In this document: positions 56,227-64,000 of the stretch, piece by piece
Numbering within the stretch: position 1 is the stretch's first letter
Layout of the letters: each line of letters begins with the position of its first letter
DNA from: an uncultured Candidatus Saccharibacteria bacterium
Lineage (GTDB): Bacteria; Patescibacteriota; UBA1384; DTJR01
DNA length: 64,000 bases
Direction: 5' to 3'
NCBI GenBank assembly: GCA_964580065.1
Contig: CAZOJE010000001.1
Span: 23,717 to 87,716 of the forward strand
The notes under the pieces: generated by a model
What the model saw: only the letters and a program-made list of their open reading frames with translations
What the model was told of the DNA's origin: nothing
Databases searched by the model: none
Program-made: the position numbers and the translations under genes

Positions 56227-57317
56227 ACGAAATAGAAATAAATTTGAACGCGATTAACGCCAACGTAAATTATTTTCGTGGTTTGTTGGAGACGGAAACA
56301 AAACTCATCGGCGTAGTGAAAGCCAACGCTTATGGCCACGGTCTCGTGGAGACGGGGAGGGTTATTTGGACGTCGGGGGCGGATATTTTGGCAACGACTT
56401 CTGTGGCTGAAGCGGTTATGTTGAGATTAGAAAAAATCAAAGCGCCAATCATTGTGTTGGGTGCGATCGAAAAAGGAGATTTTCAGAGAATAATTGATTT
56501 TGATTTAACGGTGACTATATATGATTTTGAAACGGCTTATCAGCTGGCCAGAGCGGCTAAAGCGGAAAATAAGTGGGTGAAACTTGATTTAAAAATTGAT
56601 ACGGGTCTTAGCCGTTATGGCTTTAAACCGCCGGAGTTGCTTGAAAATTATCGCAAAATTAGTGCTCTTGAGCATGTTAAAGTAGTGGGGATTCATTCCC
56701 ATTTTGCCAATGTATCTGATAAGGATTTTTCTAAAGAACAGATTAAACTAATGCAGGCGGTGCTGTTCTCTTTTCAGCAAAATTCTCTTGAAATTCCGAT
56801 GACGCACATGGCGGCAACTGATGCAACGGTGAATTTTCCCGAAGCTCATTTTGACGCAGTCCGAATCGGCATTGGCCTATATGGCTATGGAACATTTGAC
56901 GGTTATGGGGAGGCGCTGAAACCGGCTCTTGAGCTAAAAAGCACAATTTCTTGCATAAGGATTGTCGGCAAGGGAGAAACGGTGGGCTACAGGCAAACCT
57001 ACAAAGCCAAAGAAGCAATCAAAGCGGCGGTGATTCCACTGGGTTATTTTGACGGTTATCCCAGGGCCTTGTCGAATAAGGCGGAGGTCTTGATTGGCGG
57101 CAAAAGAGCTAAAGTGATCGGATTGGTTTGTATGAATGCCATGTTGGCTGATGTTACAGGTATTAAATGCGCTGTTGGCGACGAAGTTACTTTAATTGGG
57201 CGACAAGGTAATGAAATGGTCACGGCAATGGAATTAGCCCATAAAATAGATACTATCCCGCATGAAATTTTGTGTCGCTTGCCGGAACATTTACCAAGAA
57301 AACACTGTTTTAAATAA
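56223..57317 (+). CDS. alr: Alanine racemase
   Basis: VVKANAYGHG, KIDTG..R.G, VRIGI.LYG, GY.DGY.R. Confidence 0.95.
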   Translation: MNEIEINLNAINANVNYFRGLLETETKLIGVVKANAYGHGLVETGRVIWTSGADILATTSVAEAVMLRLEKIKAPIIVLGAIEKGDFQRIIDFDLTVTIYDFETAYQLARAAKAENKWVKLDLKIDTGLSRYGFKPPELLENYRKISALEHVKVVGIHSHFANVSDKDFSKEQIKLMQAVLFSFQQNSLEIPMTHMAATDATVNFPEAHFDAVRIGIGLYGYGTFDGYGEALKPALELKSTISCIRIVGKGETVGYRQTYKAKEAIKAAVIPLGYFDGYPRALSNKAEVLIGGKRAKVIGLVCMNAMLADVTGIKCAVGDEVTLIGRQGNEMVTAMELAHKIDTIPHEILCRLPEHLPRKHCFK

Positions 57318-57369
57318 GAACTATTTAGAAGTTTTTCGATCGTGTTTTTTGTTCGTCTTTTGTTCTATC

Positions 57370-57430
57370 TTGACACCTTATTCCAACAGGATTAATATGG
57401 GTCAAGTGGAATAAGGTGGGGAAAAGTGGT
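57370..57430 (+). promoter_or_regulatory. mraZ promoter with MraZ-box repeats
   Basis: ttgaca(57370)-N17-taatat; GTGG(A/G/T) at 57406, 57416, 57426 (10-nt period). Confidence 0.75.
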
Positions 57431-57442
57431 GAATAAACGAAG

Positions 57443-57874
57443 ATGTTTATTGGGCAATACGAACATTCTGTTGATCAAAAAGGGCGGGCGGCTGTACCCG
57501 CAGAATTCAGGAGACACCTTGTTGATGGCTCGATTATTACTAAAGGGCTTGATGGGTGCCTTTTTCTTTTCCCCAAAAATAAATGGCAGTCATTGGCAAA
57601 AAACATTGGTGAATTGCCGATAAGCAAATCGGCGGCAAGGTTATACGCCCGATTAATCTTAGCCAATGCCAGCGAAGTGGAATTTGACAATCAGGGAAGA
57701 ATATTAATACCCGCCTACCTTCGAGGGTACGCAACAATTAAAACAAAAATAATCTTCACGGGGGTTTACGACCGTATTGAAATATGGGATAAGCAATCGT
57801 GGAAGAAGTTATCTGAAAAAACAGATAAAAGCGTCGGCGAAATTGTCGAACAGCTGTCGGAGTTGGGGGTTTAA
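57443..57874 (+). CDS. mraZ: Division/cell-wall cluster repressor MraZ
   Basis: MFIGQY.HS.D.KGR...P, D.QGRILIP, R.EIW. Confidence 0.96.
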   Translation: MFIGQYEHSVDQKGRAAVPAEFRRHLVDGSIITKGLDGCLFLFPKNKWQSLAKNIGELPISKSAARLYARLILANASEVEFDNQGRILIPAYLRGYATIKTKIIFTGVYDRIEIWDKQSWKKLSEKTDKSVGEIVEQLSELGV

Positions 57875-58040
57875 CTCGTGGCTAGAGGCGTGAGGTGTTG
57901 GCCCCAGGCCATCTGCCCGCGAGAAATATTTGTATGAGCGGTGTGCCGACACATTGCAAAATGTAGAGGAGGGGAAGCTTTTCTGAAGGAGGGTTAACCC
58001 GGATTTGGAAAAGTATCGTCAAACACATCGCTCATACAAA
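57875..58040 (+). ncRNA. Candidate structured RNA in mraZ-rsmH spacer
   Basis: 17-bp stem 57929-57945/58024-58040 enclosing sub-hairpins. Confidence 0.45.
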
Positions 58041-58064
58041 ACAATAAGGTCATTGATATTTTCC

Positions 58065-58940
58065 ATGCACCACATACCCGTTTTGTTAAATGAAGTTATC
58101 CAATATTTAGAACCCGAGAACGGGGACATATTTGTGGACGCAACGTTTGGTTTCGGCGGCCATTCCAGAGAAATTGCTTCGCAGTTGGGGCCAAATGGCC
58201 GGATAATCGGTATCGAAAAAGACTTTGCCGTTTATGATATCGATTGTGCCGACAAAACTTTGAGCGACCATCGGCTCACGCTGGTCAGAGATGATTTTAA
58301 AAACATTGATTTGATCCTTGAAAAGGAGGGGGTTTCTAAAGTAAATAAAATCCTTTTTGATTTGGGCGTTTCTTCTTATCATTTTGACGAATCGGAAAAA
58401 GGTTTCAGTTTTTCCGGCGACCAACCGCTTGATATGCGCCTAGATACACAAAGTGGTGTTACCGCTCAAGATTTGATTAACGGTTTGACGGAAAAAGAGC
58501 TGGCTGACTTGTTTTATAATCTTGCCGACGAAAGAGCGTCGCGGCAAATCGCCAAACGGATCATTCTGGAGAGAAAAAAGGAAAAAATTGCCTCAACAGC
58601 CAGATTAGTTGAAATTGTTTCGAAAGCAAAAACTGGCGGGAGGATCAATCCGGCGACAAAGGTTTTTCAGGCCTTGAGAATGGCAGTCAATGACGAGCTT
58701 GGCGTAATCAAAGAAGCTCTGCCGAAGGCGATAAATTTATTGGAAAAAGGGGGGAGATTAGCGGTTATTAGTTTTCATTCGGGAGAGGACAGAATCGTAA
58801 AAAATATTTTTAAAGATTTTGCAAAAATTAATGAAGTAAAAATTTTAACAAAAAAACCGGTTTCAGCGAGCATAACAGAGATTCGTCAGAATCCACGTTC
58901 TAGAAGCGCTAAACTAAGGGTTGTAGAAAGGAATACATGA
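58065..58940 (+). CDS. rsmH: 16S rRNA m4C1402 methyltransferase
   Basis: HIPVLL.E, DATFG.GGHS, DLGVSS, LDMR, SFHSGEDR.VK, NPRSRSAKLR. Confidence 0.96.
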   Translation: MHHIPVLLNEVIQYLEPENGDIFVDATFGFGGHSREIASQLGPNGRIIGIEKDFAVYDIDCADKTLSDHRLTLVRDDFKNIDLILEKEGVSKVNKILFDLGVSSYHFDESEKGFSFSGDQPLDMRLDTQSGVTAQDLINGLTEKELADLFYNLADERASRQIAKRIILERKKEKIASTARLVEIVSKAKTGGRINPATKVFQALRMAVNDELGVIKEALPKAINLLEKGGRLAVISFHSGEDRIVKNIFKDFAKINEVKILTKKPVSASITEIRQNPRSRSAKLRVVERNT

Positions 58941-59245
58941 TAACAGTTGGCCAAAGAGACATCAATCTAGGACAGAGAAAAAGAGGAATTTCGCGTAAAG
59001 TTGTCTTTGGTCCAGGATCACTTAAGGTCATCGCCTTTATTATTTTGGCGGCATTTTCATTTTTTTATTTATCACAATCGAGTCAAAGTGCGACCAAAAC
59101 AATTCAGGTTTCGGATCTCGAACAAAAAGAAAAAGATATTACAGCAGAAAAGGAACGCTTAGAAGTAGAATCAAGTCGTTTAAAAGCGCTGTCGGTTATT
59201 CAAGAAAAAGCCAAGGAAAAGGGCATGGAGCAAGTCACCCAATAA
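58937..59245 (+). CDS. ftsL: FtsL-like division protein
   Basis: TM plus coiled coil, positioned between rsmH and ftsI. Confidence 0.7.
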   Translation: MITVGQRDINLGQRKRGISRKVVFGPGSLKVIAFIILAAFSFFYLSQSSQSATKTIQVSDLEQKEKDITAEKERLEVESSRLKALSVIQEKAKEKGMEQVTQ

Positions 59246-59251
59246 AATATT

Positions 59252-61015
59252 ATGAAGGTGACACAATCTCCAATGAACACTGAAAATATCCGACTAGGAG
59301 TGGTCTCCTGGGTTTTTTTAATTCTGACCTTAGTTATTTTAGTGCGGCTTTGCGATAGGCAATTAATCAGACGTGATACCTATGTGGCAATGGCCCAAAA
59401 ACAGTATTATACCGAGACAAAGCAAGAAGCAAAAAGGGGCAAAGTTTATATTCAAGATAAAGATAGCCAAGATCTCATTGATGAATCGAAGTCGGGACTT
59501 TTTTCTGTAGCAACAGATTTGGAACTTTTTAATCTTGTTATTGTGCCAAAACAAGTTAAGGACAAGCAGGTGGTGGCGGATAAACTATCAGGAATAATTG
59601 GTGAAGATGCTAAGGCAATTTTCGACAAGATAAATTGTGACAAATGGTATGTCCCCCCGATTAAGAAAAAAATTCCTAAAGAAACGGCCGATAAAATTGA
59701 CAATCTTAATTTGGCGGGCGTTTTTCTTCAGGGGGAATATTCGCGATTTTATCCGGAAAATGATTTTCTTTCTCAAGTTCTTGGTTTTGTTGATTATCAA
59801 GGCGATGGCAAATACGGTATCGAAGAATACTATGACGGAATACTTAAGGGCGAAGGTGGCACGATCAAGGGGCTTAAGGATAATAATGGCCATGTTATTA
59901 AACAGGAAGAAAGTGATCCGGGCAAGGACGGCTCGGATATTGTTTTAACGATCGATCGCAGTGTCCAATATATGGCGGAAAAAAAACTCAAGGAAGGAAT
60001 CGAAAAGTATGGGGCGGAGGGTGGTTCGATTGTAATTATGAATCCCCAAGATGGCAGCATTTTGGCGATGGCCTCAAATCCGTCGTACGATCCAAATAAA
60101 TTTAACGAAATTAGCGGTGACGGGCAAAGCATCTTTTTAAATCCCGCTTCATCGCTAGCTTGGGAACCCGGGTCAATTTTTAAGCCAGTTGTAACGGCGG
60201 CGGCCATTAACGAAAAGAAGGTTGATGTTGATTCTAAACCAGATGAAATTCCAGGCGGATTTAAAAATTCTATTACGGTCGACGGCTATGAAATTCACAA
60301 TTCTCAAGATAAATCCTTTGGCTACGAAACGGTAATGCAAATATTAGAAAACTCGGACAATGTTGGTATGGTTTGGATTGCAAATAAACTTGGCAATGAG
60401 CTTTTGGGCAATTTTATTAAAAAAATGGGATTTGGTACCAAGACCGGACTCGATTTAGCGGGTGAGTCAACGGGCAAAGTGAGTCCGTCAAAGCAATGGC
60501 GCGATGTTAACCGTGCCACTATTTCCTTTGGCCAAGGTATAACGGTTACTCCAATTCAAATTGTTAGTGCTTACAGCGCCATTGCCAATAAAGGAAAATA
60601 CGTTAAGCCACATCTTTTGGATAAAATTATTGATCCCAATGGCAACGAAAAAAAAGCCGATTCCGGTCAAGGAGAGCAAATGCTTTCCGAAGAGGACTGC
60701 AACAAGGTCACGCAAATGCTTATTTCGGTAGTGGAAAATGGTCACGGTAAAAAAGCGGCGGTTAGCGGCTTCAAGGTGGCGGGTAAAACCGGTACAGCCC
60801 AAGTTGCCAAAGCTGAAGGCGGCTATGAAGAAAACGCCTTCATCGGATCTTTTGCTGGCTACGCGCCGGCCTATGATCCTAAATTTGTAATGCTGGTAAA
60901 ATTAAATAAACCAAAAAATGTGGAATGGGCAGAAAGTTCGGCGGCGCCAATTTTTGGTGAAATGGCTGATTGGTTGCTTAATAGTTATTATCGAGTTCCC
61001 AAAACGGAACAATAG
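59252..61015 (+). CDS. ftsI: Class B penicillin-binding protein
   Basis: R.YP, EPGSIFK, SDN, KTGTAQ. Confidence 0.9.
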   Translation: MKVTQSPMNTENIRLGVVSWVFLILTLVILVRLCDRQLIRRDTYVAMAQKQYYTETKQEAKRGKVYIQDKDSQDLIDESKSGLFSVATDLELFNLVIVPKQVKDKQVVADKLSGIIGEDAKAIFDKINCDKWYVPPIKKKIPKETADKIDNLNLAGVFLQGEYSRFYPENDFLSQVLGFVDYQGDGKYGIEEYYDGILKGEGGTIKGLKDNNGHVIKQEESDPGKDGSDIVLTIDRSVQYMAEKKLKEGIEKYGAEGGSIVIMNPQDGSILAMASNPSYDPNKFNEISGDGQSIFLNPASSLAWEPGSIFKPVVTAAAINEKKVDVDSKPDEIPGGFKNSITVDGYEIHNSQDKSFGYETVMQILENSDNVGMVWIANKLGNELLGNFIKKMGFGTKTGLDLAGESTGKVSPSKQWRDVNRATISFGQGITVTPIQIVSAYSAIANKGKYVKPHLLDKIIDPNGNEKKADSGQGEQMLSEEDCNKVTQMLISVVENGHGKKAAVSGFKVAGKTGTAQVAKAEGGYEENAFIGSFAGYAPAYDPKFVMLVKLNKPKNVEWAESSAAPIFGEMADWLLNSYYRVPKTEQ

Positions 61016-61023
61016 GCAAATAA

Positions 61024-62178
61024 ATGAAAGATTTTTTTAGATATTTTCTTGAATCAGAATTAAAGTTTTTTGCGGCTAAGTTAATTAAAAAATTTAAACC
61101 GTTCGTAATTGGTGTGACCGGCAGTTCTGGGAAAACTACGGTCAAATATATGATTGGCGAAATGATGAGAGCATCTGGGAAAAAAGTTAGAGCCGGAGCG
61201 TCTAATCTAAATACGGAAACCGGACTACCTTTGGCGATTTTAGGATATGAACAGGCGCCTGAAACGATTTTGCAATGGCTGGCTGTGTGCCTGGGTGTGC
61301 CGTGGAGGTATTTATTTACCAGCCAACTGCCAGAATTTTTAGTTTTAGAATATGCCGCCGACAAACCGGGTGATATTAAATATTTAACCAGCATTGTTCG
61401 GCCGCAAATAGCGGTTATCACTAATATTGGTGTTGCTCATATTGAAATTTTTAAAACGGTCGACAAAATTGCGCGGGAAAAATGGAATTTAGCCTCGGCA
61501 GCTGAAGAAAAAATCATTTGTTTTAAAAAGGATTACGCCAAAGTGAGCGATCATGCCGCGCGAGCCGAGCTTATTTTGGTCGAAGAAGGGCCGATTAAAA
61601 TTACCGCCGTTAAATATTTGCCCAATCAAACGACGATGAATATTGGTCTTTATGGCGATATAATTTCGACACAAACATCATTTTTAGGCGAACATAATAT
61701 TGCTAATCTTCAAATTAGCTTAATCGCTTCTTATCTCGCCGGAGGCGATTTTAAAAAAATTGTTCGAGCGGTTGAAACAATCAAACCGCAAGCCGGCCGA
61801 GGGATGAGGATCATCGGGCGCAACGAGGTTGTTATAATTGATGAAAGCTATAACGCTAACCCACTGTCGATGATGGCGGCTTTAAGTAATTTAGCTAATG
61901 TTAAGTATTCCCGCAAAGTGGCCGTGCTGGGGGAGATGATGGAGATTGGCCCTGTCAGCCAGAAGTCTCATCACGAAGTGGCTAAATATGCTCGCGAAGT
62001 GGCTGATTTCATTGTTGGCGTAGGCGGCAAATTCAAAGAGGAAAAACTTGATCTCTGGTACCCTAATGTGACAGAATTAAGCAAGATGGCCGAAGATATA
62101 ATCAAGAAAGGCGATATTGTGTTGGTTAAAGGTTCTCACTCTAATCGTCTAGATAAATTTGTGGAGATATTAAAATAA
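61024..62178 (+). CDS. murF: UDP-MurNAc-tripeptide:D-Ala-D-Ala ligase
   Basis: VTGSSGKTT, DESYNANP.SM, LGEMME.G, LVKGS. Confidence 0.9.
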   Translation: MKDFFRYFLESELKFFAAKLIKKFKPFVIGVTGSSGKTTVKYMIGEMMRASGKKVRAGASNLNTETGLPLAILGYEQAPETILQWLAVCLGVPWRYLFTSQLPEFLVLEYAADKPGDIKYLTSIVRPQIAVITNIGVAHIEIFKTVDKIAREKWNLASAAEEKIICFKKDYAKVSDHAARAELILVEEGPIKITAVKYLPNQTTMNIGLYGDIISTQTSFLGEHNIANLQISLIASYLAGGDFKKIVRAVETIKPQAGRGMRIIGRNEVVIIDESYNANPLSMMAALSNLANVKYSRKVAVLGEMMEIGPVSQKSHHEVAKYAREVADFIVGVGGKFKEEKLDLWYPNVTELSKMAEDIIKKGDIVLVKGSHSNRLDKFVEILK

Positions 62179-63200
62179 TGAACAGTTTTTCTGTCAACAG
62201 CACAGATCTTTTTAGTATTTTGGTTTATTTTTCAATATCATTTTTGATCGCTTGGTTTGCCACGCCATTTTTAACGGATTTTTTGTACAAAAACAGGATT
62301 GGCAAGAAAATTCGCGATGTCGATTACGCCGGTAAGAAAACGCCAATTTTTTCCAAACTGCATCAAGCAAAAGAAAATACACCAACTTTGGGCGGAGTTT
62401 TAATTTGGGGGACTGCTTCGATTGTTACATTTGTGGCAAATTTCACGCGAACAGGAACACTTTTGCCAGTTTTCACCTTAATCGCTTCTGGCGTTATTGG
62501 CGCTATCGACGATCTGATGAATGTTTTCGGTGTCGGTTTTGCCCGTGGCGGTATGAGATTTAGAACGAAATTCGTCTTTTATTTTCTTGTTTCGCTGGCC
62601 GGCGCTTTGTGGTTTGCTTTTAAGCTTGATTGGATTAACCGATCTTTTGTTTTTGGGCCGGGCAGTGTTGTTTTGGGATATTATTACATACCAATTTTTA
62701 TTCTTGTGGCTATTTTCACCGCTTTTTCCGCCAACCAGACCGATGGTTTGGACGGTTTGGCTGGCGGGGTTTTCGCCTTTGCTTACGGGGCTTATACTTT
62801 TATTTGCCTGCTGAAAGGCAATTATTCCTTGGCTCTTTTTTGCGCCACGATTATGGGCAGCATCCTCGCTTTTTTGTGGTTTAATATTTATCCTGCCCGT
62901 TTTTTTATGGGTGATACGGGAGCAATGAGTTTGGGCATGACGCTGGCGGTTATTGCCTTTTTGACGAATACTGTTTACGCTTTGCCTTTTATTGGCTTAA
63001 TTTTGATAGTGGAGGCGATTACGACAATTATTCAGATTATCAGCAAGAAAGTTTTTAAAAGAAAAGTATTTCTGGTTGCCCCAATCCATCACCATTTCGA
63101 AGCAAAGGGTTGGCCGGAAACCAAGGTGACAATGAGGTTTTGGATTGTTTCAGCGGTTTCCACGGCAATCGGACTATGTATGGTTTTGATATATGGCTAA
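62178..63200 (+). CDS. mraY: Phospho-MurNAc-pentapeptide transferase
   Basis: K..TPT.GG, DD, N.TDGLDGL, FMGDTG, APIHHHFE. Confidence 0.95.
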   Translation: MNSFSVNSTDLFSILVYFSISFLIAWFATPFLTDFLYKNRIGKKIRDVDYAGKKTPIFSKLHQAKENTPTLGGVLIWGTASIVTFVANFTRTGTLLPVFTLIASGVIGAIDDLMNVFGVGFARGGMRFRTKFVFYFLVSLAGALWFAFKLDWINRSFVFGPGSVVLGYYYIPIFILVAIFTAFSANQTDGLDGLAGGVFAFAYGAYTFICLLKGNYSLALFCATIMGSILAFLWFNIYPARFFMGDTGAMSLGMTLAVIAFLTNTVYALPFIGLILIVEAITTIIQIISKKVFKRKVFLVAPIHHHFEAKGWPETKVTMRFWIVSAVSTAIGLCMVLIYG

Positions 63201-64000
63201 TTTAGAAATCGATACATTGAGGCAGAAGAAAATTGCTATCTTGGGATATGGCGTTGAAGGTTCGGCTCTAGCAAATTTTTTGCGCTCTCACAAGGTTGAA
63301 AATATTTTGATTTTTGACGAAAATGCGTCTGCTCTCGAAAATGTTGACTCTGTTTTCGAATGCACTAGCGATTCTACAAAATTAAATGAATTTGCTCCGG
63401 AAATTGTTTTTCGTAGCCCGGGCTTTCAATATAAAAAAGCGGCCGAGCTTTTACCGAACGCTTTTATCACAAGCGGCACGGATCTTTTTTTGTCTTTAAA
63501 AAAAGGAACGGTGATTGGAATTACAGGAACCAAGGGCAAATCGACAACAGCCAACCTAATTTATGCCATTTTAAAAGCCAATGGCGAAAAAGTATTTTTA
63601 GGCGGCAATATTGGCAATTCTCCCCTGGATTTTGTTGGTGAACTAGATGAACGATCGTACACCATAATGGAATTATCAAGTTTTCAGTTGCAAGAAATGA
63701 AAAATTACCCCGAAATAGCAATAATTTTGCCTATATCATCTGACCATTTAAATTATCACGAATCAATCGAAGAATACCGTCAAGCAAAAATGAATATTAT
63801 TGCGCCCGAAGGTCAAGAGCAGATTGTTGTGATGCCGTATGATCTTCGCGAACAGGTTCCGTCAGATGACAAGAAAAAAATCGTTAGCTATTCACTTGAT
63901 AATCAAGCGTCTGACTGTCATTTGACTTCGACTGATTTCATCTGTCGTGAAAATAAAATTACAGAAGATTTTTTGAGTTTAGCAAAAAAACTGGCCACGC
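63193..64000 (+). CDS. murD: UDP-MurNAc-L-Ala:D-Glu ligase (runs off window end)
   Basis: Read manually: ILGYGVEG, RSPG, ITGTKGKSTT, GGNIG, ELSSFQL, DHLNYH. Confidence 0.92.
   Translation, partial: MANLEIDTLRQKKIAILGYGVEGSALANFLRSHKVENILIFDENASALENVDSVFECTSDSTKLNEFAPEIVFRSPGFQYKKAAELLPNAFITSGTDLFLSLKKGTVIGITGTKGKSTTANLIYAILKANGEKVFLGGNIGNSPLDFVGELDERSYTIMELSSFQLQEMKNYPEIAIILPISSDHLNYHESIEEYRQAKMNIIAPEGQEQIVVMPYDLREQVPSDDKKKIVSYSLDNQASDCHLTSTDFICRENKITEDFLSLAKKLAT

Overview
AT-rich bacterial chromosome segment, most consistent with Patescibacteria/CPR (inferred from gene families and the short uvrC, murF and stand-alone glmU-N). Housekeeping content: six tRNAs, uvrB-uvrA-uvrC, galK, mutM, recO-alr and the start of the dcw cluster (mraZ-rsmH-ftsL-ftsI-murF-mraY-murD). 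Accessory content: a ~20 kb serine-recombinase island next to tRNA-Arg carrying a nuclease/helicase/ExoVII operon and a terminase/ParB-methylase module, two DGR-type variable-region targets with no RT or template in the window, and surface proteins. The most striking signal is absent from the ORF track. Between 52.2 and 55.5 kb there are four leader-peptide transcription attenuators (aromatic, Leu, Ile, aromatic/Phe), each with a terminator and a competing antiterminator. They control no biosynthetic operon. Instead they sit upstream of two orphan small proteins, a stand-alone LeuA regulatory domain and a ~340-nt highly structured non-coding RNA. A second unusual signal is a family of tRNA 'shadow' copies with small GGTGGAAC-loop hairpins inserted into their loops. 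All family calls are by eye; no database search was run.
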